Shown here piece after piece: positions 38,888-50,800 of a stretch of DNA of 64,000 nucleotides. This DNA comes from Phoronis australis. Taxonomy: Eukaryota; Animalia; Phoronida. Numbering within the stretch: position 1 is the first letter of the stretch; each line of letters begins with the position of its first letter. The stretch lies in assembly GCA_002633005.1 (NCBI GenBank), contig NMRA01000418.1:183173-247172 (forward strand), read 5' to 3'. Below the pieces are notes generated by a model. It did no database searches. It was not told where the DNA came from and saw only the letters and a program-made list of their open reading frames with translations. The position numbers and the translations under genes were made by a program.

Positions 38888-39745
38888 AGGAGCATGCCAC
38901 CCAAAAAACAACCTATTTTGTATCAATTTAGATGGAGTACCTGTACTCGATAACGGCACGTTCGGTTGCGTTACCTGATACCTGACGGAGGTGTTGAAGT
39001 TATCCAATGACGTCATTGGTTTCACATGCAGTCTGTTCAGCAGTTCAAAACATGGGTTACTGGTGTCAGCTTATTGCTTGAATTCATTGTTTAACTCCAA
39101 TCAATCATCAAACTTCGATGTTAACCCTTAAAAATACACCGAGTTCTTGCAAAAACGTATTGTTTATTTGGCTGTTACGGATTTATTAGTATTTGGACAC
39201 ACCGTAGCATACAAAGTTCGGCAGGCCAATTTACCAAGGTCCGTAGAAGGACTTTGGGGTCTGTTCGGAGATAAATTCGAAGCATTCTTCCGTGAATTAC
39301 AGACAAGAGAACCTAAATCTCTGTGGTTTTTATTTGTAATTTTTTTAGTTCTAAACACAAAAAACGCTTGTTATCCCGGCCAGTGGCTCGGAACCCGATC
39401 AGGCCCGTTGCGGCCGGACTGACTCGTTATCCTGACCAGTTGCTCAGAACCCGATAAGATCCCTCGTAGCCGTCGAGACTGGCACGAACATAAACCAGCT
39501 TGTGCTGGAAACTAAACCACCATTCACGAAAAGACTATAATAGTGAGGCAAAGAAATAATGTGCTTGTAATTTAGCCATGATATGAAAATGTACTTACTG
39601 TACTTAATGTGGGGGGCCGCGAAGTTGGGTTCCCCTTCCACAGACCGTTAGGGCAAAGGTTGCACATTAACAAAAATTTCAATAATGTATTTGTATAAAG
39701 ACTCCACTAGCATGTGACCATAGCGTATAAAATCGAGTAATTGTT
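38888..39745 (+). mobile_element. Kolobok-type family A, left half
   Basis: Begins AGGAGCATGCCACCC; the body aligns with 3157-3960 and 43326-44112. Confidence 0.75.
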
Positions 39746-40048
39746 TCACTGTCCATTCCATGGTAAACATAAGTGGGGCAATTCTACACTTATTTAGCAC
39801 ACAATACAGCTGACAAGTGAATTTCATTTTGTCAAACTTCTCAACAAAGATAAAAAGAAAAAATACAGTCACTAGCTCATTTTTAATAGAATATTAAGTC
39901 ATAATAACATTTGCTTAGAATCCACTATTTGCAGCCAGTTCACATGCATTTAAAAACGAAACATGGTGACATATTGGCAATTACTTTGGCGCAAAACATT
40001 TGATGATTTATAATACATGTAGCTATGCCACAAAAACATTATACTTAC

Positions 40049-40417
40049 AGTCCACGACAAGCTGGCTAACAGAACTTTTAGTGAAGCCGCCGGTAACTGA
40101 CACATCCATACGGTACTGGCCTTCATCATCAGGTCTAACTTGTGACAAAGTGATGCTGAAGTTAGTTTTTCCAATAGAGTAGTCTGTAGAGCCACGAGAT
40201 GCATAGCGCTCAAGAAAGGTTCCCTCAAGTTTAGTTGCAACGTTTGGTACTACGTAAGGGGCTATGAACACATCATTACCATCAAGTCTCATCAACTTCA
40301 TACTGACAAATGTTTCGCCACTCCCCAGTGCGTAAGATATCTTGAATGTAGCATTTCCACCGTTGACAACAATGACTGTAGAACTTGTACTCAAACTAAG
40401 GGCAGAAACACCAACAT
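40049..40417 (-). CDS. Ig V-set domain exon lacking the canonical disulfide; includes the end of the signal peptide
   Basis: tttattctttCAG acceptor (40420-40418), GTAAGT donor (40048), phase 1-1, no stops. Translation: VGVSALSLSTSSTVIVVNGGNATFKISY...FLERYAS...NFSITLSQVRPDDEGQYRMDVSVTGGFTKSSVSQLVVD. It joins the 10707 exon in frame (VVD-F-LPSTPSI). Confidence 0.88.
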
Positions 40418-41329
40418 CTGAAAGAATAAAAATGTAGGATTTTACTTTTACTATACAAATTATGACTTAACAGTGCTTTGGCTCCCGGCTAGTGTGTGCC
40501 AACAGCTGGACAAATTGACACAAAACTGTTCCTTTGAGAAAATTTAAGATTAATTGTTGTTTTGTTGTGGTCACGAAATGAATGCTGGTTCAAAGATAAG
40601 TATTTATAGGCTGTAAAATGTAACAATTTCGTAAAATGTAACTGTTACAATGTTAAGACATTATTACATTTTACATTGCTTAGCTTGTAATGGTAGCAAG
40701 TTGTTACATTTTACTTGGAATACATTTTACTTGGAATTGGAGAAGTCATATTACAGAGAAAATGACTAAAATCACCGGCAAGTCGGGGGATACTCGAGTG
40801 TTTTGGACGAGGGATACCACTTGAAAATTTTTTTTGATACCTATTGTTGATGCACTCCTTTAGTAGTGCGTCAGGTTGCGTAATTTACATGACTTTGTGT
40901 GGATTGGCTCTGAAGCTTCTTACATGTATGTAAGCAACGTTCCGGTATTTTCCGGCCTTCTTATCATGTGCTGCTACTCCCAACGATATTTTTTCTTCGT
41001 GGAGCCTAGAGCCAATTTTGGTTTATACTATTTTTTCTCATACAACGGTTACTCAAATTGTACAATACTGTCGCACATGCTACTGTATGTTACTGCGTAT
41101 CTTAAATTACTGTACTGTAATATTAACGTATTTCCCGAGACTAATAGAATTCCATTATACTTATTTCACTGTGTGATATTTAGATTGATGGAAGCTTGAA
41201 AAAGGAATTAGAGTTATTTTTGTCATTAGCTATTTTTGTCATTACACCGGACTTATTAGTTTTTGTAACCATCACGGGTGAGAATTTTACAAGCTTGACA
41301 CGCTCTGACAGCTTGGAGTAGGTCTATTG

Positions 41330-41650
41330 GAACAGCGTGTCAAACATGTAAAATGTGGTGTCTCAAACGTGAAAATTTAGCATGTCGATCGTGTAAAATG
41401 TAGCGTTTCAAACGTGGCAAAAACATAGCAAAAACGTCTCATTTTCATTCCAATATTCTACGCTTTTTTAAAAGCATGTCAGGCGTGTCGTTTTTGCCAC
41501 GCTAGTGTGTCAAACGTTGCGCTTTTGCCTCGCTCAGTGGGTCAAATGTGGCGCTTTTGCCCCGTTAGCGTGTCAAACATGGCGCTTTTGCCACACAAGC
41601 ATGTCAATTAAATGTGGCGCTTTTGCCACGCTAGCCTGTGAACTGTGTCA
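41330..41650. repeat. Degenerate minisatellite, ~31-bp unit TTTTGCCACGCTAGCGTGTCAAA-like
   Basis: Repeated gcgcttttgcc...gtgtcaaa units at 41490-41640. Confidence 0.7.
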
Positions 41651-42000
41651 TGGTAGCGACCCCACAATTAGCCTGAAGCCGTTTACAAGCCATAATGTTC
41701 TTGTTTATAGCGCTCACCAACCACCATGGGAATCCATACTGAAAACAAGAGTATAAAGGATCATTTCTTCTTTAAGTCACTGTTTATTGTAAAATATAAA
41801 TAATCCAAAATGTGATAATGATACAGAATCTTCAAAAAGGATTAACTATCCAAACCTTACCTCATGCTGTTGTCCATCAATTTCAATACATCTCGAATAA
41901 CATTAACACAAAAGAAAACGGTTCAACATACAAGTTCTAAATGCTTAAGCTGCTATATATCTGTATATAATTTAGCTTTTGAGAAATGACAGTGGCTTAA

Positions 42001-42945
42001 AAGGGGACTGTAGTCAAAATAATGTTGCAGTTAATCGGTTCTAACATACAAATAAAACTCAAATTTGCCTGACTTGCGTGCCAAACAAAAGCCGATTCGT
42101 ATTCATGGTTAAAACACTGAATTCTGAAAACGATCGCTGATTAGCTGATGTGTCGGTGACGTGAATGGCGGGGTATAGGCTGCTTTACACATTTGTTGCT
42201 TATGTCATATTTTGAAGAGTTTACATCGTAATTTATCATTGTATCATCCGTCCTTATTTTTTATTGTTTGCAATAGTGCTGTAAAAGGTTCTCTATGCCT
42301 CTTTGTATGACACCTGCGTTCTCAAAGTCTTCGAAAAAGGGGTCTTCTAAAGGGATGGTCATCGCATACCACTGCTGGTTTTCCCAAGCCTTGGCCCAAA
42401 GCTATATACTAAATATAGGCCTACAGGATTTCAAGAGCCGATATGGGTAAAAAATGGACAAACAAAATCTGACTTAATATAATTACAGCTAATCTCATCC
42501 TTGAGTAAACATAGGAACCAGGTTCCTAGAGTAAAATAACTTCTGTGTTGGAAAAGTTAGCGATCGTTCATCGGCTTCTCTTGAGTCGGCTTTTTGCGAT
42601 TACGTCACGTGACCTTTACCAGTTTCTTTTCCCCCTGACGATGATTGGGTATCACTTTGTATTGCCTCAGCTCAGTCAAACAGGTATCGCTGGTGACCCG
42701 ACATTTCACACTAAAATTTCTTATTCCAACAATATGAAAAACGCTACTTGATTGCACGCTACCACAGGACAGTGACTGCCCCCGCCAAATACGTCACGAG
42801 ACTAAGCAGCTCTCCAAGCCGGTAATATTTTTGAGCTTCGTTAGAGAATGTAAGTTTGATTTTTGTTGTTGAATTATTTGAGAAATTAATCAACAATTCA
42901 TGGAAAATTATCCACAATTTACTCAGAAAAAACTATAGTTCCCTT
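42001..42945 (+). mobile_element. Kolobok-type family B, short internally deleted copy without LINE
   Basis: TTAA|AAGGGGACTGTAG ... CTATAGTTCCCTT|TCAA; colinear with 25003-25123 plus 28396-28940 plus 29575-29877. Confidence 0.85.
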
Positions 42946-43325
42946 TCAAGGACACTGACACGGTGAAGAGCAGATGCACATTGTACATTTTTAAATTAGC
43001 AATTGCGATTCAACATTTGTCATATTATCAAGTTCATGTTCATTTTGCAGCCCAAACCTCTACACACTATTTCTTATTCTCATTCAAGTTTTCTAAAATG
43101 TGAGATGATCTTATAACAACAAGCATCAATGAGCAACCAAAATATGAAGACATGATGTATTCAAAATTCATAGCACTGCCAAAATTTACATTATTTGTAT
43201 GGCCTGGAGCGTCAAACTACAATTTGCTTTATCTCCATGTAATTTTCTGTCTGTTCTGTATATTAAAATACTTCCCTATTCAAATTTAACATTAAAAGGA
43301 ACTATTTTCAAGGCACAATCGTTAA

Positions 43326-44112
43326 AGGAGAATGCCACCCACAAAACAGCATGTTCGGTTGCATCACCTGACACCTCACGGCAGACGGAGGTGTTGAAAT
43401 TATCCAATGGCCCAATATTACTTTCACACGCAGTCTGTTCAGCAGTTCACAACACGGGTTAGTGATGTTAGCTTATCGCTTGAATTCATCGTTTAATACC
43501 AATAAATCATCAAACTTCGAAGTAAAACCCTTAAAAATACCCCGAGTTCTTATAAAAACGTGTTGTTTTATTTCCCTGTGGCGGATTTACTGGTACATGT
43601 ATTTATTTGGACACACTGTAGCCTACAATTAGTTCGGCAAACAAACCCATAGCAGGAGTTTGGAGTGTGTTCTGAGATGAATTCGAAGTATTTTTCCGTG
43701 AAATATAGACAGGAGAACCTAGATCTGTGTTCTGTATACAAAACGCTTTTTAATGTTCTCCCGGGCAGTGGCTCGGAACCCGATCACTAGGATCGGCGTC
43801 GCGGCCGAACTGACTCGTTATCCTAGCCAGTGGCTTGGAACCCGATCAGGCCAATCGCGGCCGCCGGGACTGGCACGAACATAAAACCAGCTTGAGTTGG
43901 AAACTAAGCTTCCAGTCACGAAAAGACTATAATAGTGAGCCAAAGAAATAATGTGCACGTATGTGAATTAGCCACGAAACTGATCTATTTACTTGTCGGG
44001 GATCGCGAAATTCCCCTTCCACATACCGTCAGGTTGTACAGTAACAATGATTTGAATAATGTATTTGTATTTCTAAATAAAGATTCCCCTAACATGTGAC
44101 CATAGCATATAA
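43326..44112 (+). mobile_element. Kolobok-type family A, left half
   Basis: TTAA|AGGAGAATGCCACCC; aligns with 3200-3960 and 38888-39745. Confidence 0.78.
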
Positions 44113-45106
44113 AACTGATTCAGGTTATGGAAGTTAAGTAGTAGAGCACAGATTTCAAAATGAGTTGGGTTACAGACTAAAACCTGCATGTGCATGTAGT
44201 TGCCAAGACAAGTGTCAGTTAATCGTGTTTCGACCTAATATATTTTATTTATTTTAATTACTTGAAACTTAGAAACACATTTTTATGATTCTGTCTTAAA
44301 ATTCTTGCATCAGAGCAATTGTTTGATTGAGAGAAGTAACTTTTTCTTTTGGTTACATGAACTGAAACTAAATAATTGAGTTAGGCACAAAGTAAGAGAT
44401 GTATTGAAATTAGAGGTTTGCCATCGCCGCCAGTCATCTACCCATAGTGTCTCTGCAGTATGTTCTGATAACTATACTGGTTAAACTGTTCTGCTCAGGA
44501 CTAAAAATCAAATTTCAGCTATGAGTTAAGATGCTAGATATATTTGGCTGTCAAAAACAGTACAAATTGTAAATTGAAATAGTACTGACTTTGGCTTATG
44601 AGTTAAGGCCCTATTGAGTGACATGAGCTACTTCGTGAAAGCCATTCAGTCACAGTACTGCAGAGGTTATGAGGTTGAAGCCTTTGATAAATGTATGTTT
44701 GTGATGAATGATATTCCCACATGCCAAATAATGTAAAAATTTAAATTGCATTTATAATGAAACATGGTGTCCATACATGTAGATGTAGGTATATTATGAT
44801 GTTACCAGAAAGTTACAATGCATTTGTCACTGATACCCATGCTTTGTTCTCATTATTTTCCTTCAGTGAATAGACTTCAAACAAGTTTTATGGTTACATA
44901 GCTTTCCCATTTCTGGAGTGTTCATTAGTGTAACTGATAACGCTCTTATTAATGTTCTTAGTCAAAAGCACATTAAATTTTCTAAAGACTCTGGCTAATT
45001 AACTAAGAAAGCATTCGTGTATTTCCTCAGCGACAAGCTCAATACAAAATTCAAATTAACTTACTTTACTTGACACCCTCTAACTGAATATTTCTCAACT
45101 TTTTAG

Positions 45107-45395
45107 TACAGAAGAAGACTTTGAAAACATGCATGATGAAGTGAAAAGACTATTCTTGGGATCTAATGCCCACTGACCCACCAACACAGTGCCGGTCATC
45201 ATATTCCTGTTGTGGAGAGATACCTCAAATTAATGGATTATAAAAAGTCTCAGTGCTCTGAAAAGTGCGGACTCCAGAGTTCAGCAGAGATCATGAAAGG
45301 CTGTACAATGCCGACATTTAAAGATTTGGTATCACATGTGGACCATGCTTTTCAGACAGCTAATATTTTGCTGCTATAGCTTTGTACGCCTGAAA
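45107..45395 (+). pseudogene. Second decayed copy of the coiled-coil/BEN-like exon, truncated by LINE-tail insertions
   Basis: tttttag acceptor, then EEDFENMHDEVKR ... FKDLVSHVDHAFQTANILLL*LCTPE; homologous to 18051-18330. Confidence 0.4.
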
Positions 45396-45420
45396 TTATT
45401 ATTTTTTATTCATTTATTTG

Positions 45421-45563
45421 GAAAGCAGTGCTATCACTGAAGAGGCCACCCTCATTTTAAATATCACAATAATAAATAAATAAATAATAATTTATTGTGA
45501 CATTTAAAATGAGGGTGGCCTCTTCAGTGATAGCACTCACGCAGCTTTCCAAGAGGGCCCTCA
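45421..45563. mobile_element. Tail-to-tail inverted pair of CR1/L2-like 3' ends
   Basis: agtgctatcactgaagaggccaccctcattttaaatatcacaat, then (AAAT)n, then attgtgacatttaaaatgagggtggcctcttcagtgatagcact. Confidence 0.7.
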
Positions 45564-46005
45564 ACAAGAAAAACAGTAATACAAATGTGTAATACAATGA
45601 AGTAATAACACAACAATGAAATATACGTAACAAAGATTATTATCTTATCGCCTACATTTATTTAGCTTACTGATATAAAATACTCATTTACCCTTCAACG
45701 TATGGATGTGTTCAACTAAGTTCATAGCAAGGCTTGACATTAACAGTAGTCCTACTGCCGGGGACAACCAATTTGTTGGTCCGGACAAGCTCACGGCCGT
45801 GCAGCTTGTCCGAAAGGACAAGTCAATGAATTTCTCTGCGAACATTCCGTCGCACAAAATTAAGATTCCAAAACCTGCGCAACTCGATTACCTTTCTGTG
45901 ACAATCAATCAGGTTTAGCGGAACCAGTACCTTGCCTTACTATGGCGGTAAAATTTCCGTATCCTCATGACCTTGACTGAAGGAGACACAATTGTTTCCT
46001 TTGGC

Positions 46006-46230
46006 TCACGCGCGGAACTCATGTTGGCATGTACTGATCACTGAGACAGCGCTTGTCGAAAGTATTTCATTTGCTGTAGAAGAACCAGCAAAGCAGTACT
46101 TTACAGGGATATCATGTCCGTGGCCAATATGTCTGCGATTCCCCGTGACAGCACATGAAGCATAACCACCCTGAGCATTGAAATAAGAAAAGACATGGTC
46201 CATTGTAACAAGCCAACTTCTGTCCCCGTT
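46006..46230 (-). pseudogene. HIRAN-like domain relic, probably from a DNA-transposon accessory ORF
   Basis: GTEVG.. (frameshift) ..VFSYFNAQGGYASCAVTGNRRHIGHGHDIPVKYCFAG resembles the pattern VG......S.F...GG...C.VTG.R....G.EIP..Y.F.G. Confidence 0.45.
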
Positions 46231-47819
46231 CCCGTATTGGTTAAACGCATGTTTTCAATGACTTTCTCTTCTGACACCAGAATGGAAGCGCCCAATCAAA
46301 GGCAAGGGCCCAAAAAATCAACTTGTCACTAGTGCAAGTCCAACTTATTTTTTTGAAGTTTTGATTTGCCTAACGACTTTTTACAAGATGTGTTTTTGCT
46401 TCATTATTTCGACAGCTGACCGAGTACCCATATTGCCTAATAGTAGTATCGTCTGATTGTTGAGCACCTGCTTTGAACGACAGCGGTTTAGGCTTTGAAC
46501 TCAAAAAATAAACAATGTATATAAAATGTTACAATGTTCAAAGTATTCAATAAGACCTGTTCTGGGTTCCTAACTAAGTTCAAGGTATTCAGTACTAAAG
46601 AAGACCTGTCAATCCTTAGCACGAGCTTGGCTGCCTAAGTGTCCAGCAAATCAGTACACAACCAACAGCTTCCCTTAAAGTCCTTCTCTCAAATTGCCCA
46701 TGTGGTTCCAGTATCCGAAAACACTTACTACATCAATTCTTATTTTCGACACCCTTTCTTTATATTCGTTTCGACTTTCTTGCCAAAAGCGATTTTTAAC
46801 AGTATTTGACTCTTCTCTGTGAGCGTATAATTACCGGCTGTCATCGGTTATTTCCGTACCCACATTTCCGGCTCATCAGTTCAGGAACTTGTCTTGAACG
46901 CAGCCACTTTTTCCTTGTAACTGAATGTGCTATCGCTTGCTGGAAAAGTCTTCATTATTTTGTTTTATTTGTAATATCTCGTGATTTGTTTGCATATGTA
47001 GTGTATTTATAGTTTGTAGTAAGTGGTCATTGATTTTTTTGGAATTTTACGCGTACTTAGTATGTTAAAAAAGCTTTAAAAATGGTGTTTAGTTCCCTAC
47101 GTTGGCCGGTCGAACCTAGGAACCAATATGGGTCGAACCAATTTTTTTCAGTTTTATTTTTTCCTCGTTTTGAAAAAGTACTTTGCTATCAACGGAAAGG
47201 TAGTACATTCTACTCAGTAAAAATCGAAAAAGTATCAAAATCGGGGCAAGCACTGTAAAGTTATTGCAAGTTTTGTGGCGAAATTTGGGGGTGCTTTTTT
47301 TGGATCGCGTCGGCCATATTGGAGGACAGCAGGATAAGTTGCAAGTTCAAAACTTTGTGTAAATTGTTTTCGCCAACAAATTACGGTGAAATTTAGTTAG
47401 ACATATCTTTACTTACTGTTCTGCACGATTTAACAGTATTCACCAAATTACAGCCTCGCAGTTGTTACTCATTAAGTGATAAATGTGCTCACAATTCCTG
47501 TTGGACTTTGTCTCGCGACTTTTGCTGAAGTGAAAGGCATGTTCAATCGGCTGCTTTGTAATTTGTGAAGATTTAACGTTGATACATTTTGACAAACGTT
47601 GCTACAAAAAAGAAACTTTGTTCAATTTCGTGTATTTTTTTGCAAAGATATAAGATATATATAGATTATTACATGGCGAAGTCGTTATCCCCCGTTATCT
47701 AGAGCCCGAGTGGATTTTGGAGAATTATCGCGTATAAGTACAGTACAACGCGGTTTGTTGAACGTGCGATTATTGCGCGTGCTCATTTAAGTATTCTACT
47801 TTCACTCTTGATGACGTCA

Positions 47820-47891
47820 GTCGCTGCATGGTGTAGTGGTAAAGTTGGCGACCAGCAATATCAGGGTCCCGGGTTCGACCCCGTCCTCGGT
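47820..47891 (+). other. tRNA-like Pol III head (SINE or pseudo-tRNA)
   Basis: A box TGGTGTAGTGGT and B box/T-arm CCGGGTTCGACCCCG are present; acceptor and anticodon stems pair poorly. Confidence 0.55.
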
Positions 47892-50800
47892 TTCCCGCCA
47901 AATCGTTATCTCACTAGTGAGATAACTTTATGGGTTATTACACGGTTTTATCTGCCATTTGACGCTAATATTGTGGTATGAATTCGAATTATTTCAGGTT
48001 ATCACGTCAACAATTTGAATAATCCTAATTTGAGAAATAAGCTATGTTGGATTGTGAACCTTCAAGCCTCTAATTCTTGTTCCTTGCGACTTCATATTTT
48101 TTTAAATGATGCTTGTCAAATTCTGGTGTAAGGAAACACTATTCCGTCACCAAGGTAATAGTTACATGTATGTCCACTTTCATATCATGGAAACCGTTCC
48201 TGTTGAATAGTGTTTGTAATGCTAAATGTTGTAAAGTATTGTGCATTTTAAGTTACTTATTATGTTGGGTTAATGAATAAAAATTGATAACATGTTGTAT
48301 TGGACTTGTCATACTTAAAGATAGACATTCCCAAAAATTCCAACCCCCCATTCTTTTAGGCTTGGTGCACTCATACAAAGTCTGGGAAAATCTCTATTGA
48401 AAGCCAACAACTTTGCACAGTTCGCCAGAAGTACCCAAGTTCTAAATAAAACTCGTTTGAGCGACCGCTGTGGCCAGCGACCAGTTAAGCCTAAAGGTAG
48501 CCTTGGCGCAAAGCTGTACAGGCCTACTAACAAGCTGTATTTTGACTACAGTCTTCACTGGTAGCTGGTGACTGAGGCTAACTAAGGTCTGCCGCGGCAG
48601 TGTGACACAGGACTAACCAGCCCGTAATTTCATGCAAGTGTCTGAAACTACCCTATGAATATATGCAGGATTTATGATTTGGCCATTTTACTTCTACAAA
48701 ACAGCTTGCAACCGCATGCATTTAGCGTTCGCCAGTGTCTGGTCTCGATCCGCACCGGGTCCGATAGGTTGCGGTCCCGATAGTGTCTGGCAAAATAATT
48801 TCTGTCAAAATTTATTAGCCACATTCAGCAAATTCCATAAAATTGTCCGTAATTTGATTGTCGATTATTTTATCCCCGTTTGCTGGCTGGTAACAGTACA
48901 GGCACTGCTCCAGTTGCACTGACGGCGTTTTCTCGGCCTGGGCTCCTTAATGAATTGTACTTCCGGGTTCGCGGCAAGTTCAAAATGACGGTGGTTCTTC
49001 GGTGCGAATGGTGAGTGGCGCGTTCATTTAAACTTTTTTCGAGTACGGATCGTGTATTAGTTATGGGGTAGGTACTTCTTGGATCCTTATAACATCTTCT
49101 AACCATGTAATAAGGGTTAACAACGCGTGAGAGAAGGACTTTAAAAATACACTGCAAGCTAGCGGAGCTTCCTTGATCTGTCTTTTCTGTCAAGAAGCTT
49201 GCCCTACTGAACACACGCCTACCTGTAGGAATACCTTAGTTCTAAGAGATGACCAGATGACCGAGGTACGTAAAATTCCAATCACGCTCAGGATCACAAC
49301 GCCACTGTATCGTGTGCGCAGGCCGTCGAAGTCCGTTACTTCAATCTCCTCACCTAAATTTTAAATGATATGCTTGAAGTCCGACGTCAGTGTACTGTAT
49401 CTCCGTTCGGGTGAAATCGGTCCTCCGTGCAGTAAGCAACAACTCCCGACTTTTCCAAAACTTCGATTTGAACCGCCCATGTTCGGCTTACCGCTCACCC
49501 TCTATTTTTTAGATTCCTAATTTAAGCGCCCAGGGCGGTAACGCGGACGAGTACGGTAGTTAGTTTGTGTATGTTTTCAAGTCCAGGAGTTCTGATCTTG
49601 CAACTGATAACCAAACCAAACCAAACCAAAGGGCGTGAAATCATCAAGCAACAGACTGAAACCAAAACGAAAACAGGAATTTCTTCCGAAATGAAAGAAA
49701 GATTTTGACTGGTCACCGTATGGTTTGATAGTGACCAGAAGTACATGTAAAATGTGTTGCGTCCCGTGTGAAAAATACGCCGAAGCAAACAGTTCATCTC
49801 TTGCGTCAGGGTCAAATGTGTTCAGGATCGAATCTTTGAAAAGTCGTGAACAGTCGGGCTCATTAAGCAGCTCATAAAAATACATCGTATAACTGAATTG
49901 AAAAGCCAGTGTAAACTTGTATTGTGTTCACTTGTGAAATCCAAATACAAATACCCACTTTAATAAACTTTTGGAAAATTTAAATGTCGTGTAATATAAT
50001 GCTCTTCCACATGTTTATTGAGCTTGTGCTAACAGGTAGTATGTGCGATATTCACATATGTTTGAAAAGTATAATTTGAATTTAATTACCTTTGGACAAG
50101 ATCATTTAATTTCATCATTTAGTTAGCAATTTTCCTTTGGTTAAATTTCTCGCGAAACTGTGACACTTCGTAGTTTAGTTGGTCACTTTCCTAGGTTTTT
50201 TGGACATTACTTTATGAACTGTTCCTGGATTTTGTTCACAAATTTTTCCAGAGTTTTTGAAAGTACGCCAATAACTTGTCTGATTCCAAGGTAGTAAACA
50301 GAATTGTTTCTAGTTCTATTAGTCAACATTGTGTCTGTTAATAAGCAATATCCGTGTTTGAAAGACTAATAACGATGGTACTTCTCGTCATTTTTGCACG
50401 AGGATGAGTCTACTGTACAAAACTGATGAAACACGTCGTGTACTACACAAGTTAAAAGGAACGTTTCCTCAACATGTCATTTTAACACACTTTACTTAAT
50501 GCTGTATGTAACATGCTGGGGTTTAATTGGACTGCCGTGGACTGCAAGAATTACAAAAATTTGCTGCTCCAAATATACCTCATCATGCTTTCTATCTCAT
50601 ACTGGCCCTTAATTCGATCTCTGAATATTCTTTCCTAAAACGACATTTTCGTATTTCCTGTCAACGATTTTTCTATAAGTCTTGTAATAAGCTCTTACCC
50701 CATATTTCTCAGGTTTAATTATGATATCAATCTTGATTCATCCAAACGTTAAAGAAATGTCCCCTCAAGATACGCCGATTTTTGTGTAACACTTCCACCG

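Noticed and set aside
45421-45460. GAAA...CTGAAGA as a hammerhead ribozyme core
   Set aside because: Stems I and II cannot form with the required pairing; the sequence fits a LINE 3' stem-loop better.
47820-47891. Functional tRNA gene
   Set aside because: A and B boxes are present but the acceptor and anticodon stems do not pair properly; treated as SINE-like/pseudo-tRNA.
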